64,000 bases of DNA. It comes from Clostridia bacterium 41_269 (lineage in GTDB: Bacteria > Bacillota > DTU086). How positions within the stretch are numbered: the first letter of the stretch is position 1; the number at the start of each line of letters is the position of its first letter. The position numbers and the translations under genes were made by a program. The stretch lies in contig LGEZ01000009.1 of assembly GCA_001508005.1 (NCBI GenBank), forward strand, positions 2,493 to 66,492. Direction: 5' to 3'. The notes beneath the pieces are model-generated. The model ran no database searches. It was given only the letters and a program-made list of their open reading frames with translations, and was not told where the DNA came from. This document shows positions 1-11,022 of the stretch, one piece after another.

Positions 1-1
1 T

Positions 2-196
2 GGAGATACGGGTTCCAATTCTTTAGGAGCTGTGCTGGGAATTATGTCTGTTCTTCTGCTGCCTTTTGCAATGAGGTTTTTTGCTTTGTTGCTTCTCATT
101 CTCCTTCACATATACACGGAAAAATACTCGTTGACTGAAACCATAGAAAAAGTAAAGCTGCTTAGATATATCGACGAATGGGGGCGGACTTCTTGA
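2..196 (+). CDS. 3' end of a glycosyltransferase family 4 (MraY/WecA-like) membrane protein, partial
   Basis: Frame 2 translates to GDTGSNSLGAVLGIMSVLLLPF... The GDTGS motif and hydrophobic tail fit the C-terminus of the MraY/WecA family. Stop at 194-196. Confidence 0.4.
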   Translation, partial: GDTGSNSLGAVLGIMSVLLLPFAMRFFALLLLILLHIYTEKYSLTETIEKVKLLRYIDEWGRTS

Positions 197-1380
197 TACA
201 TAAAAAAATTGGTAAGGTAAAAGCAGTAATTTCTAGGAGATGCGGCCTTACAGAAATTTCAGTTGATATAGCGGGGAAAATTTACCCCGCTATAAATTTT
301 GATAACCTTACGGGCAGGGTTCAGGAAGGGGACACTGTACTGTTAAATACCACCGCTGTAGATTTAAATTTAGGCAGCGGTGGTTACCATTTCGTTATGG
401 CCAATTTATCAGAACCTGCAGAAAAAGAAGAAAAGATTAATGGTCTTGGTCACATAATGAAACTTAGATACACCCCTTTTCAAATGAGAGTTCTTGCTGC
501 TGAGGAACAGGATAGTCCCTATCATGAGCTTTTAAAAGAAGAAGAATCCCTTTGCAGTACGCCTGTGGTTTGCTGTACTTTACATAGTATGCTTCCGCCG
601 GCAGCAGCTTCCATAAAGGCTCTATCACCAAATTTAAGAGTTGTGTACGTTATGACCGACGGAGCAGCTCTTCCTATTCAACTGAGCAGACTGGTACAAA
701 TTTTAAAAGAGAAGAATTTAATCCAGGCCACTGTAACAACCGGCCATTCCTTTGGAGGAGATCTTGAGGCAGTAAATATATATTCTGGACTTTTAGCAGC
801 TAAAAAAGTGTTTAATGCGGATATTATAATTGTGTCCATGGGCCCTGGTATCGTAGGAACTGGAACAACCTATGGCTTTACAGGGATAGAGCAGGCTGAT
901 ATTATCAATGCAGTTAAGGTACTTGAGGGCATTCCAATAGGTGTACCCCGCATCAGCTTCGCCGATAGGAGGGAACGTCATTATGGTCTAAGTCATCACA
1001 GCAGAACTGCTTTAGGGAAAGCTTCCCTTTCCAGGGCGGTTGTAGCCCTACCAATAATGGATGAGGAAAAGGTTGAAAAAATCATTAATCAGATGAAGGA
1101 AAGCAGAATTACAGAAAAGCACATTATTGTTCTGGAAGATGGCAATCAAGGGTTAGAATTTCTTAGTGAGAATAACATTAAAGTTACTACTATGGGAAGG
1201 AGTATTTTAGAGGACAGAGAATTTTTCTTGGCACCATCTGCAGCAGGCAGTACTGCAGTTAAAATTTTAATGGGTGAAAAATTAAACTTATTAGATATAA
1301 ACTTTTTAGATAAATGGGGGAAGGAAGATATATGGAAGAAAAAAGAATTGACTCCAGAACAATTTATAAAGGGAGAATAG
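178..1380 (+). CDS. conserved uncharacterised protein (400 aa)
   Basis: Long ORF with good coding character. No recognisable catalytic motif. Sits next to a NUDIX hydrolase as in many Firmicutes. Confidence 0.5.
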   Translation: MGADFLIHKKIGKVKAVISRRCGLTEISVDIAGKIYPAINFDNLTGRVQEGDTVLLNTTAVDLNLGSGGYHFVMANLSEPAEKEEKINGLGHIMKLRYTPFQMRVLAAEEQDSPYHELLKEEESLCSTPVVCCTLHSMLPPAAASIKALSPNLRVVYVMTDGAALPIQLSRLVQILKEKNLIQATVTTGHSFGGDLEAVNIYSGLLAAKKVFNADIIIVSMGPGIVGTGTTYGFTGIEQADIINAVKVLEGIPIGVPRISFADRRERHYGLSHHSRTALGKASLSRAVVALPIMDEEKVEKIINQMKESRITEKHIIVLEDGNQGLEFLSENNIKVTTMGRSILEDREFFLAPSAAGSTAVKILMGEKLNLLDINFLDKWGKEDIWKKKELTPEQFIKGE

Positions 1381-1865
1381 TAAATCTTCGGGTTGATACA
1401 GTTTTACTTCCCAATGGGAAAAATGCCCAGAGAGAAATTGTTGAACATCCTGGCGCAGTAGTAATAATACCAGTGCTGGATGATGAGAAAATTGTCATGG
1501 TTAAGCAGTACAGGGCAGCTGTGGGGAAAGTTCTTCTTGAGCTGCCTGCAGGTACCATTGAAAAAAGGGAAGATCCCTATGAATGTGCTGTGAGGGAGCT
1601 TGAAGAAGAAACGGGTTTTACTGCGGAAAAATTGAAGCCACTGCTAACTTTTTACCCTTCTCCGGGCATCTGCAGTGAAATAATGTACCTTTTTATGGCT
1701 GATAAACTCAAAAAATCTAAAAGTTCACCCGATCCCGATGAATTTTTACGGTCTGTTGAATTGGAAATTAGTGAAATAATTAATATGATAAATGCTGGCC
1801 GTATAGAAGACGGAAAGACACTTGTGGGAATACTTCTGTATCTGTACAAGCAAAGGAGTGGATAA
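1332..1865 (+). CDS. NUDIX hydrolase (ADP-ribose pyrophosphatase-like)
   Basis: Nudix box GX5EX7REUXEEXGU is visible (LPAGTIEKREDPYECAVRELEEETGF). Start moved to the internal ATG at 1332 to reduce overlap with the upstream ORF. Confidence 0.8.
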   Translation: MEEKRIDSRTIYKGRIVNLRVDTVLLPNGKNAQREIVEHPGAVVIIPVLDDEKIVMVKQYRAAVGKVLLELPAGTIEKREDPYECAVRELEEETGFTAEKLKPLLTFYPSPGICSEIMYLFMADKLKKSKSSPDPDEFLRSVELEISEIINMINAGRIEDGKTLVGILLYLYKQRSG

Positions 1866-1870
1866 TTTTT

Positions 1871-2545
1871 ATGTTTTATCCCTCTGTTATTATGACTTCC
1901 AATGCCAGTGGCGCATATAATGCAGCAAAGGAAGGCTTTATTGTTGCTGTGGTGGATGTAATTGATATGTCAACTTCAGCTGAGGCTGTACTGGAGATGG
2001 GAGCCGTTGAGATATATGGAGCTTCACCTGCTGGATTTAAGGTTCCTGTGCCCATTAATCCTGAAGGCGTGGGTTTTGCAGCAGGTAAGACTGCCCTTGA
2101 AAAGGAAACGGGAATTATTATTATTTCTGAGCCTAGGGTTGGAACAGATGAAGAAAGAAAAAGAAGATGCGAACCAGTTATTCAAGGAATAAAAAAAGCA
2201 GGAGCTGAAATTTTAGGAATTGTTCCCAATTTAGGAGCTGAAATTACGAAACTGGCGGATTTTAAAGGAATGGTAGTGGTTGCTGTTACCGATAGTGGAG
2301 GGACTGCTTTTGATGCTGCATTTAATGCTGGAGCACGAGTGTTAACGGCAACTGTGGCAAGGGTTCCTGGGAAAAAAGGGAAGGAAACTGCTGCTGCTGG
2401 GGTTAAGAGAATATGTGAAGAGGCCAAAAGACATAGAAAAAATATTGCGGTTGTTGCTGCAAGCAGTAATGCCCTTGAAGACTTATTAGCAGCTCAATAT
2501 ATTTATAATCTCATTTTAGAAGAAGGTTTTTTAAGCAGTGTATAA
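1871..2545 (+). CDS. hypothetical protein, possibly 2-phosphosulfolactate phosphatase (ComB) family
   Basis: AVVDVIDMSTSAEAVLEMGAVEI resembles the ComB N-terminal region. Weak recall-based similarity only. Confidence 0.35.
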   Translation: MFYPSVIMTSNASGAYNAAKEGFIVAVVDVIDMSTSAEAVLEMGAVEIYGASPAGFKVPVPINPEGVGFAAGKTALEKETGIIIISEPRVGTDEERKRRCEPVIQGIKKAGAEILGIVPNLGAEITKLADFKGMVVVAVTDSGGTAFDAAFNAGARVLTATVARVPGKKGKETAAAGVKRICEEAKRHRKNIAVVAASSNALEDLLAAQYIYNLILEEGFLSSV

Positions 2546-2665
2546 CTTTTTTGACAGGTTTAACAGGTTTATGCGGTCCGGTTTTGTCTTTAAGCTTTGC
2601 TTAGAGATGTCCAGTGCGAGTTCAGGAGTAAGAAAACTGCGGCAGAGACCCTTTGTCAACAAGCT

Positions 2666-2691
2666 GGGCAGGTTTTAGACCTGCTTTTTTT
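2666..2691 (+). terminator. rho-independent terminator
   Basis: GCAGGT-tttag-ACCTGC stem followed by TTTTTTT. Confidence 0.55.
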
Positions 2692-2770
2692 AATTAATTT
2701 TGTTCTATATTAGCCCTGTAAAAACATAGAATTAGGTAAGGCAGTCCCACTGGGGAAAGGAGAAAACCAT

Positions 2771-3406
2771 TTGATAGAAAATTTTAAAAACCATTTACTC
2801 AGGCATATTCAAGGAAATAAATATTTATATATTTTAATAGTTTTCTTTTTTATTCTTGGAGTAGCAGCAGGTTCCTACGTGGTTGAACTGCTTAATTCTC
2901 AGCAGGTTAGTGAGCTGATCAATTATCTGGACAAGTTTTTTTCGGGCTTTGCCCAGTGGAATGTTGATCCCTCGCTTATTGTTCAGCGTACCATTATAAA
3001 TAATCTAAAAATAATTTTGTTTTTTTGGTGTTTGGGTCTTACAGTAATAGGCGTTCCTTTGATACTTCTTATAATTTCATTTCGTGGTTTTGTTATGGGT
3101 TTTACTATTGGTTTTTTGTACAACCAGAAATCAATATATGGATTGATAATTGCACTTTTAGCAATTGTTCCTCCAAGCATAATATATCTGCCTGCAACAA
3201 TTATAGGTGCTGCCGTCGCTATTACATTTTCTTATTGGCTCATAAGAGGTCGAAGCAGAGGGATGAACGGTTCAATATTACAGCAGTTTATTGCATATAA
3301 TTTCATAATGCTGGTTATTTCAATTTTTGCAGCTTTAGCGGGAATAATAGAAGCTTATTTATCTCCTACCTTTATTAAAATTTTTTCCAACTTTGTTTCT
3401 TTATAG
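2771..3406 (+). CDS. spoIIM: stage II sporulation protein M
   Basis: About 210 aa polytopic membrane protein directly upstream of xerD, the conserved Firmicute arrangement. TTG start. Confidence 0.6.
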   Translation: MIENFKNHLLRHIQGNKYLYILIVFFFILGVAAGSYVVELLNSQQVSELINYLDKFFSGFAQWNVDPSLIVQRTIINNLKIILFFWCLGLTVIGVPLILLIISFRGFVMGFTIGFLYNQKSIYGLIIALLAIVPPSIIYLPATIIGAAVAITFSYWLIRGRSRGMNGSILQQFIAYNFIMLVISIFAALAGIIEAYLSPTFIKIFSNFVSL

Positions 3407-3431
3407 TGGCTCAATAAAGTCTAAATTTATT

Positions 3432-3743
3432 ATGCTGGACATAAAATTTTTTAAAAAGAAATGTGTCGGGGTGATTATTGTGATTATTGTAACTCTGAAA
3501 AATTGGCGTAAAAAATTGAAAATTTTGATTATAGTTCTTGCTCTTATTATCATTGTTGTACTTGCTGGTTCTTATTTTTTTCAATTGAATGAAAAAGCAG
3601 TTACAACCATTGAATTGGATTCTAAAGATAGGAGCCCCAATGGATCATTAAAAATTAATACTGAGATTAAAGAAGAGATAGAATATGAAGATGTTTGGTG
3701 GGATAAATTTGTCAAAACCATTAAAACTCTTTATCAAGAATAA
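3432..3743 (+). CDS. small membrane-anchored hypothetical protein
   Basis: Single TM helix followed by a charged C-terminal part. AT-rich. Start uncertain. Confidence 0.3.
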   Translation: MLDIKFFKKKCVGVIIVIIVTLKNWRKKLKILIIVLALIIIVVLAGSYFFQLNEKAVTTIELDSKDRSPNGSLKINTEIKEEIEYEDVWWDKFVKTIKTLYQE

Positions 3744-3828
3744 TATAGTTTATTTTTTTTATAAAGGAATAAATTTTAAATTGTTGAAATATTAAGCATC
3801 ATTATTTATAAACAAAAATTGGTGATCT

Positions 3829-4716
3829 TTGGTGAAACAAGAAATAGAATGGTTTATACATTATCTTTCTGTGGAAAAAGGTCTGTCTGAGAATACTCAA
3901 AACTCATACCGGCTTGATTTATTATCCTTTGCTTCCTTCCTTGCCCAGGAGAATAAATATTCATTTGCAGAAGTTGATAAATCCGACATTCTTCACTATA
4001 TAGTTTATCTTCAGCAAAAGGGGAGAGCCCCTGCTACCATAGCACGTCAGCTGGCTGCCATTAAGGCTTTCTATCGTTTTAGATTAATGGAGGGGTTACA
4101 GGAGAGGGAACCTACCCAGGATCTCGAATCTCCCAAATTAGGCAGACGCCTTCCCAAAATATTAACCCAACGGGAAATGGAAAAACTTCTTGAACAGCCT
4201 GATATTACAAAACCTGCAGGCCTTCGAGATAGGGCTATTTTAGAAGTCTTATATGCCACTGGCCTTAGGGTTTCGGAATTGGTTTCTTTAAATGTAGGGG
4301 ATGTAGATTGTAATACAGGCTACATTAGATGCACGGGAAAAGGAGATAAAGAAAGAATTGTGCCAATAGGCTCAATTGCTGTTTTCTATTTGAAAAATTA
4401 TTTAAACGAAGGAAGAACAAAGTTAATAAAGAGATCTGTGGAAGCCCTTTTTCTGAACAGCAGAGGCCAAAGATTAACAAGACAGGGATGTTGGAAAATA
4501 ATAAAGAAATATGTTCGTCAGGCAGGGATAAAAAAAGTTGTTACTCCTCATACAATAAGGCATACTTTTGCAACTCACATGCTGCAGAACGGTGCTGATT
4601 TAAGGTCTGTACAGGAAATACTGGGTCATTCCGACATCTCTACGACTCAGATTTATACTCACCTAACAACAAAACGCATAAGGGAAATTTATGATCGAAC
4701 TCATCCCAGGGCATAG
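3829..4716 (+). CDS. xerD: site-specific tyrosine recombinase XerD
   Basis: C-terminal catalytic motifs HTIRHTFATHMLQNGADLRSVQEILGHSDISTTQIYTHL (R..HxxR..Y). GTG start. Confidence 0.85.
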   Translation: MVKQEIEWFIHYLSVEKGLSENTQNSYRLDLLSFASFLAQENKYSFAEVDKSDILHYIVYLQQKGRAPATIARQLAAIKAFYRFRLMEGLQEREPTQDLESPKLGRRLPKILTQREMEKLLEQPDITKPAGLRDRAILEVLYATGLRVSELVSLNVGDVDCNTGYIRCTGKGDKERIVPIGSIAVFYLKNYLNEGRTKLIKRSVEALFLNSRGQRLTRQGCWKIIKKYVRQAGIKKVVTPHTIRHTFATHMLQNGADLRSVQEILGHSDISTTQIYTHLTTKRIREIYDRTHPRA

Positions 4717-4749
4717 TACAATTAAAGAAAAATAAAAAATTCGGAGGAA

Positions 4750-5946
4750 ATGCAAATGGATGCAGAACGAGTAGTGATAATTCTTTTGGATGGAGTAGGG
4801 GTTGGGGCTCTACCTGATGCTGAAAAGTATGGTGATGAAGGAAGCAATACTTTAGTAAATACAGCAAAAGCTGTAGGAGGACTGAAACTTCCAAACCTTG
4901 AAAAATTGGGGTTGGGAAATATTGAAAAAATAAAAGGGGTAACGCCTTTAAGCAGCCCTGGAGCGTCTTATGGAAAAATGGCACAGAAATCAGCAGGTAA
5001 GGATACCATTACAGGACACTGGGAGATAGCTGGGATTATCCTGGACAAGCCTTTTCCCACTTACCCCAATGGTTTTCCAAAAGAAATAATAGAAAAATTT
5101 GAGAAACTGATTGGAAGAAAGGTTTTAGGTAATGTGGCTGCTTCGGGCACCAGGATAATAGAAGAGTATGGAAGGGAGCATTTAAGAACAGGTTTTCCTA
5201 TTGTGTATACTTCTGCTGACAGTGTTTTTCAAATAGCAGCCCATGAAGATGTTATCCCTTTAAATGAACTCTATGATATATGCTTGACAGCTAGAAAATT
5301 GTTAGTAGGAAAGCACGCAGTGGGAAGGGTAATTGCAAGACCTTTTGTGGGTAAACCAGGAAATTTTATAAGAACGTCCAACAGGAAAGATTTTACTTTA
5401 GAGCCTCCAAAGGAAAATCTTCTGGACTGCATATTTAAAGCGGGGATGGATGTTATCGGTATAGGTAAAATAGGTGATATTTTTGCAGGGCGCAGTCTTA
5501 AAAAAATCGTAAAAACTAAAGATAATATTGAAGGTATAGAAAGAACAAAAGATTTTTTAATAGACGGCTGTAAAAGAGGGCTTATTTTCACAAATTTGGT
5601 GGATTTTGATACCCGCTATGGGCACAGAAATGACCCCAGGGGGTTTGCTGATGCTTTGGAAGAGTTCGACAAAAGGCTTCCTGAGATTATCTTTTATTTA
5701 AAGGATAAAGATGTCCTGATTATTACTTCTGATCACGGATGTGACCCCACGACACCCAGTACTGACCATTCCAGGGAATATGCACTTCTTTTAGTTTATG
5801 GAAAAAACATTAAGGCAGTAAATTTAGGAATAAGAAATACCTTTGCAGATTTGGGAGCTTCTGTAGCGGATATGTTGGGTACATCGTTGCCTCCATATGG
5901 TGAAAGCTTTGCTGACGTGTTAATGCATCATAATGATGGGAAATAA
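4750..5946 (+). CDS. deoB: phosphopentomutase
   Basis: N-terminus [28 protein letters not shown] and overall length are typical of DeoB. Confidence 0.9.
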   Translation: MQMDAERVVIILLDGVGVGALPDAEKYGDEGSNTLVNTAKAVGGLKLPNLEKLGLGNIEKIKGVTPLSSPGASYGKMAQKSAGKDTITGHWEIAGIILDKPFPTYPNGFPKEIIEKFEKLIGRKVLGNVAASGTRIIEEYGREHLRTGFPIVYTSADSVFQIAAHEDVIPLNELYDICLTARKLLVGKHAVGRVIARPFVGKPGNFIRTSNRKDFTLEPPKENLLDCIFKAGMDVIGIGKIGDIFAGRSLKKIVKTKDNIEGIERTKDFLIDGCKRGLIFTNLVDFDTRYGHRNDPRGFADALEEFDKRLPEIIFYLKDKDVLIITSDHGCDPTTPSTDHSREYALLLVYGKNIKAVNLGIRNTFADLGASVADMLGTSLPPYGESFADVLMHHNDGK

Positions 5947-5957
5947 GGTGATGAGTA

Positions 5958-7273
5958 ATGAGAGCATATGATTTAATTTTAAAAAAAAAAGAAACGGAAG
6001 CAGCCTTTCAGCAGATGAAATTAATTTTTTGATAAATGGATTTTTAAATGGTGAAATTCCAGATTACCAAATGGCAGCATTTTTGATGGCAGTATATTTC
6101 CGCGGCATGGATGTTGATGAAACAGCTGCTTTAACTAAGGCTCTGGTGAATTCTGGGGAAAAGGTTGATCTAACTGCTGTTCCGGGCGTGAAAATAGACA
6201 AGCACAGCACCGGAGGCGTTGGAGATAAAACAACTCTTGTACTGGTACCTTTAGTGGCCAGCGCGGGAGTTACTGTCGCTAAAATGTCCGGAAGGGCTTT
6301 AGGACACACTGGAGGCACAGCGGATAAGCTTGAAAGCATACCAGGTTTTAAAACAGAAATGCCTTTAAACGAGTTTGTGGAAATAGTTTCTAAGGTTGGA
6401 GCAGCTTTAATAGGGCAGTCAAAGGAGCTGGTTCCTGGGGATAAAAAACTTTATGCTTTAAGGGATGTTACTGCTACCGTGGACAGCATTCCTCTAATTG
6501 CAAGCAGTGTAATGTCAAAAAAAATTGCTGCGGGCTGTGATGCTGTTGTTCTTGATGTTAAAGTGGGCAGCGGAGCATTTATGAAAGATATTGAAGAAGC
6601 GCGGAAGTTGGCATCACTAATGGTAAATCTGGGTTCTTTTTTTGGCATGCCAACTACTGCAGTGCTTTCAAAGATGGATCAGCCCCTGGGCTTTGCCGTG
6701 GGAAATGCTCTGGAAGTAAAGGAAGCAATAAGCACCTTAAAAGGTGAAGGTCCGGAAGATCTTGTAGAACTATGTATAGAATTGGGTGCTCATATGCTCA
6801 GGCTCAGCGGTGATAAAAGGGATCTTTTAGATATTAAAATAGATCTAGAAAAAAATTTTTTAAAAACCGGTAGAGCATTGGATAAGTTCAGGGAAATAGT
6901 CTCTGCTCAGGGAGGAGACCCAACGGTTTTAGAAGATCTTGATAAGCTGCCGAAAGCGGAGCATATAAGCTGTGTTTATTCTGAAAAGGATGGTTATGTT
7001 GCTGAAATCGATGCGGAAAAAATAGGTACAGCTGCTATGATTTTGGGGGCTGGTAGGATTAAAAAAGAACAGCCAATAGATCATTCAGCCGGTCTGATAA
7101 TTAAGAAAAAATTAGGGGATAAGGTACAAGGGGGAGAAGTGCTGGTGGAGATGCATTCTAATAAGAAGGAAACTTTTTTAAGGGCAGGGGAATTGATAAA
7201 TACTGCTTTTAAGATTAAGGAGTTTAAACCTCATATGCCCTCAACTATAATAGAAACCGTAACTCAGCAATAA
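5958..7273 (+). pseudogene. pdp: pyrimidine-nucleoside phosphorylase, reading frame broken in an A10 run (5981-5990)
   Basis: ATG at 5958 gives MRAYDLILKKK then stops. The conserved continuation RNGSSLSADEINFLINGFLNGEIPDYQ... is in the -1 frame and joins the 6029..7273 ORF. One or two extra or missing A restore an intact Pdp. Confidence 0.8.
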
Positions 7274-7385
7274 GTGGTATAAAATCAAATAGAGGATTTG
7301 TACAGGTAAAGATTAGCTGTCATACATTTCCCCCTTAGGTAATAAAGTTAGTGTAAACATCGGGAAAAAATCTGGGGGGAAATTA

Positions 7386-8549
7386 ATGGGACAGCTTAAA
7401 AGAAAACTTCATATTTGGGCAGCAGCTGTTCTGGCATTTTTTTTATACAGCCTTTTAAGCCCGTTTCCCTCATATGCTGCGGCGGGTTTGGATTTAAAAT
7501 GCAAAGGAGCTGTTCTTGTTGAAGCTCAATCTGGAAAGGTGCTTTACGAAAAAAATTCACATTTAAAATGGTACCCTGCAAGCATGACAAAAATAATGAC
7601 ACTTGTATTGGCTCTAGAAGCAGTTAGGGATGGCAGGGCTTCCCTAAATGAAAAGGTGGTGGCTAGCGAAAATGCGTGCAGTTATGGGGGAACGCAAGTT
7701 TGGCTGAAGCCTGGCGAGGAATTTTCTTTAAAGGAAATGCTTATAGCCATTGCAGTGGGTTCTGCCAATGACTGTTGTGTAGCAGTTGCCGAGCATTTAG
7801 CAGGAACAGAAGAGGCTTTTGTGGATATGATGAACAAGAGAGCTGAGGAACTGGGAGCGAAAAATACTCATTTTGCTAATTCCCACGGACTGCATAATGA
7901 TAATCATTATACTACTCCCTATGATTTAGCACTTATTTCCCGATATGCAATAACCCTTCCCCATATGCTGGAGCTGACATCCATAAAGGAATACACTTTT
8001 AGGGAAAAGCCTAAGTTGGTATTATATAATACCAATAAACTTCTTTGGTGGTTTGAGGGCACGAAGGGATTGAAAACTGGAACAACAGACAAAGCTCTGC
8101 GTAACCTTACTGCAGTTGCTGAAAGGAACGATCTTACGTTAATAAGCGTGGTTATGGGCTGTGAGGAAGATCGTGGACATTTTACTGAAAGCATGAAGCT
8201 TTTAAGATATGGCTTTGCCCGTTATACCTATAAACATTTTTACAGCAAAGGAAAGCAAATTGCCCAAGCTAAGGTGGGCAAAGGGAATGTTGATAAGATA
8301 GGAGTGGTTCCTAAGGAAAATATAGGGGTTGCTGTTCCTAAAGGGGAAAATATTTCAATAAAAGTTCGCTGTGAGCTTCCAAAATTAGTGGATGCTCCGG
8401 TGAAAAAAGGGGAAGTGATTGGGAATGCAGTTGTTTTGGAGGGAGACAAAAAAGTTTTTAGTGTACCCCTTTGTGCAGCAGAGGAGATAAAAAGGGCTTC
8501 CTTCTTTAACATGTTTAAAAAAGTTTTCTTTAGTATATTTTCGATGTAA
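7386..8549 (+). CDS. D-alanyl-D-alanine carboxypeptidase (S11, PBP5 family), dacF-like by neighbourhood
   Basis: Signal peptide, SMTK (SxxK), SAND (SxN) and KTGT motifs. Confidence 0.85.
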   Translation: MGQLKRKLHIWAAAVLAFFLYSLLSPFPSYAAAGLDLKCKGAVLVEAQSGKVLYEKNSHLKWYPASMTKIMTLVLALEAVRDGRASLNEKVVASENACSYGGTQVWLKPGEEFSLKEMLIAIAVGSANDCCVAVAEHLAGTEEAFVDMMNKRAEELGAKNTHFANSHGLHNDNHYTTPYDLALISRYAITLPHMLELTSIKEYTFREKPKLVLYNTNKLLWWFEGTKGLKTGTTDKALRNLTAVAERNDLTLISVVMGCEEDRGHFTESMKLLRYGFARYTYKHFYSKGKQIAQAKVGKGNVDKIGVVPKENIGVAVPKGENISIKVRCELPKLVDAPVKKGEVIGNAVVLEGDKKVFSVPLCAAEEIKRASFFNMFKKVFFSIFSM

Positions 8550-8679
8550 TTTTTATTATTTGAGATTTTAATAAAGATGTTGCATTTTAAAAAAAAACTA
8601 TTATATTATTTGCTCGTAAAAAAATTAAATACAGCTTCTTAAAAAAGGTTTTTGAATTTTTAAGATGAGGTGAAACAAT

Positions 8680-10008
8680 GTGCCGCTAAGCAAACAGGAA
8701 GTCCTTAAAATTGCTGAAGAAGAAGGGGTTGAATTTGTCCATCTACAGTTTACAGATATTTTTGGAATATTGAAAAATGTGGCAATACCTGTAGAACAGT
8801 TGGGGAAAGCCCTTGATGGGGATCTTATGTTTGACGGTTCATCCATTGAAGGCTTTGTAAGAATTGAAGAATCAGATATGAGGTTATTTCCTGATCCTGA
8901 TACTTTTGCTGTCTTTCCATGGAAAATCAATGGTGGAACCGTTGCCAGACTTATTTGTGATGTTTACAACCCAGATGGAACCCCTTTTCACGGTTGCCCC
9001 AGGGTTACATTAAAAAGGGTTATTGAAGAAGCCAAAGAAATGGGATACAGCATGAATGTGGGCCCTGAAGCTGAATTTTTTCTATTTAAAACAGCAGAAG
9101 ATGGTACGCCTACCTTAAATACCAATGATCAGGCAGGATATTTTGATTTGTCGCCGGTAGATCGCGGGGAACAGGCTCGAAGGGATATGGTGCTTGCTTT
9201 AAAAAACATGGGATTTGAAATTGAGGCTTCTCACCATGAAGTTGCTCCAGGGCAGCATGAAATAGATTTTAAGTACGCTGATGCTTTAAAAACTGCCGAT
9301 AATATTGTTACTTTCAAGTTTGTTGTTAGAGTTATTGCTCAGCAGCATGGGCTTCATGCGACTTTTATGCCCAAACCCATATTAGGAATTAACGGCTCAG
9401 GAATGCATATGAATCAGTCTCTGTTCCGTGGAGAAGAAAATGCATTCTTTGATCCTAATGGGGAAAGACAGTTAAGTAAAACAGCCTATTATTATCTCGG
9501 AGGGCTTATAAAGCATGCTAAAGCAGTTTCTGCCATAGTAAGTCCTACGGTTAACTCATATAAAAGGCTAGTTCCTGGTTATGAAGCACCTGTTTACATA
9601 GCTTGGTCATGCAGAAACAGGAGCCCTTTAATCAGGGTTCCGGAGCGCAGAGGTATTGGAACCAGGCTTGAGCTTAGAAATCCTGATCCTTCCTGCAACC
9701 CCTATCTTGCCATCGCTGTAATGCTAAAAGCGGGCTTAGATGGTATAAAAAACAAAATTGAGCCTCCACCGCCTGTTGATACTAATATATATGAATTAAG
9801 TGAAGAAGTAAGAAAACAGCAGGGGATAGAAAGCCTTCCTGAAAATCTTAATGAAGCAATTAATGAGCTGAGTAAAGACGAGGTTATTAAGGAAGCATTG
9901 GGTGAACATATTTATAAACGTTTTATGGAGGCAAAAAAGATTGAATGGAATTCTTACAGAATGCAGGTTACTCCATGGGAACTTCAGCAGTATCTTACAA
10001 AATTTTAA
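8680..10008 (+). CDS. glnA: glutamine synthetase type I
   Basis: GS-I motifs and 442 aa length. GTG start with a GAGGTG RBS. Confidence 0.9.
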   Translation: MPLSKQEVLKIAEEEGVEFVHLQFTDIFGILKNVAIPVEQLGKALDGDLMFDGSSIEGFVRIEESDMRLFPDPDTFAVFPWKINGGTVARLICDVYNPDGTPFHGCPRVTLKRVIEEAKEMGYSMNVGPEAEFFLFKTAEDGTPTLNTNDQAGYFDLSPVDRGEQARRDMVLALKNMGFEIEASHHEVAPGQHEIDFKYADALKTADNIVTFKFVVRVIAQQHGLHATFMPKPILGINGSGMHMNQSLFRGEENAFFDPNGERQLSKTAYYYLGGLIKHAKAVSAIVSPTVNSYKRLVPGYEAPVYIAWSCRNRSPLIRVPERRGIGTRLELRNPDPSCNPYLAIAVMLKAGLDGIKNKIEPPPPVDTNIYELSEEVRKQQGIESLPENLNEAINELSKDEVIKEALGEHIYKRFMEAKKIEWNSYRMQVTPWELQQYLTKF

Positions 10009-10022
10009 AATTTGATCATTGG

Positions 10023-10058
10023 AGCTCCGTATTGAACAAAATACGGAGCTTTTTTTTT
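10023..10058 (+). terminator. rho-independent terminator after glnA
   Basis: AGCTCCGTATT-gaacaa-AATACGGAGCT 11 bp stem followed by T8. Confidence 0.8.
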
Positions 10059-10184
10059 AAGCTATTCTACAAAAGTTCTGTTAAAACGACATTGTTTTTA
10101 CCAGTATTTAGAAGGGTTTTAAATTTTTTCTGTAGAATAACGCCTGGAGCTGGAAACTTTAAGGGAGTTGGAGGGTAAATATAA

Positions 10185-10523
10185 GTGAAAATACAAGTGG
10201 AGAAATTAAAAGATACTTTATTTCTAAGACTTAAGGGAGAATTTGACATGCTGACAGCTGATGAATTTCGCAGTGCAGTGGATGATCATTTTGATGGCAA
10301 AAGAGTTAAGAATTTAATTTTGGATATAAGTAAGGTATCATTTATAGATAGTTCAGGCCTGGGAGCTATTTTAGCCAGATACAAAAAGATAAAGCAGCTT
10401 AATGGGAACATGGTAATTGTTGGTGCAAAACCACAAGTTAAGAGGGTTTTAGAGCTATCTGGAGTTGTTAAAATAATAGAAGTTTATGATGATGAAAAGT
10501 CTGCATTGATGGGGCTGTTATAA
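10185..10523 (+). CDS. spoIIAA: anti-sigma F factor antagonist (STAS domain)
   Basis: 112 aa STAS protein with the conserved phosphorylatable serine (DSSGLGAI). First gene of the spoIIAA-AB-sigF operon. Confidence 0.85.
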   Translation: MKIQVEKLKDTLFLRLKGEFDMLTADEFRSAVDDHFDGKRVKNLILDISKVSFIDSSGLGAILARYKKIKQLNGNMVIVGAKPQVKRVLELSGVVKIIEVYDDEKSALMGLL

Positions 10524-10539
10524 AAGGAGGAAATGCAGG

Positions 10540-11016
10540 ATGACGGTGAAAGATCGAGGCGAAATAATCAATTATGTTCAACTGGAGTTTTTAAGTGTAC
10601 CAGAAAATGTAAGCCTTTCACGGGTTGTGGTTGCTTCTTTTGCTGCGCAGCTTGATTTAACTTTGAATGACCTGGAGGAAATAAAAGTTGCAGTTTCAGA
10701 AGCTGTGTCAAATTCGATAATACATGGTTATAATAACAAACCTGTGGGAAAAGTTTATGTAACAGTGATGCGTTACGAAAAGGAATTGGTAATAATAGTA
10801 AAAGATGAGGGTGTTGGTATCAAAGATGTTAAAAAAGCTATGGAGGCAGCGTATTCAACAGATCCTGAAAGAATGGGACTTGGTTTTGTATTTATGAAAT
10901 CCTTTATGGATGAAGTAAATGTTGTATCAGAACCGGGAAAAGGGACCACTGTAGAGTTAGTTAAAAAGTTGGAGTTGCCTAAAAAGACAACCGGTAAACA
11001 GGCTCCAAAGGAATGA
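10540..11016 (+). CDS. spoIIAB: anti-sigma F factor, serine protein kinase
   Basis: GHKL-type kinase about 150 aa (SNSIIHGY, GVGI), between spoIIAA and sigF. Confidence 0.85.
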   Translation: MTVKDRGEIINYVQLEFLSVPENVSLSRVVVASFAAQLDLTLNDLEEIKVAVSEAVSNSIIHGYNNKPVGKVYVTVMRYEKELVIIVKDEGVGIKDVKKAMEAAYSTDPERMGLGFVFMKSFMDEVNVVSEPGKGTTVELVKKLELPKKTTGKQAPKE

Positions 11017-11022
11017 AGTGCC

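Noticed and set aside
9945-10178. 77-aa ORF after glnA
   Set aside because: It overlaps the glnA terminator hairpin and the spoIIA promoter region. Its translation is low-complexity.
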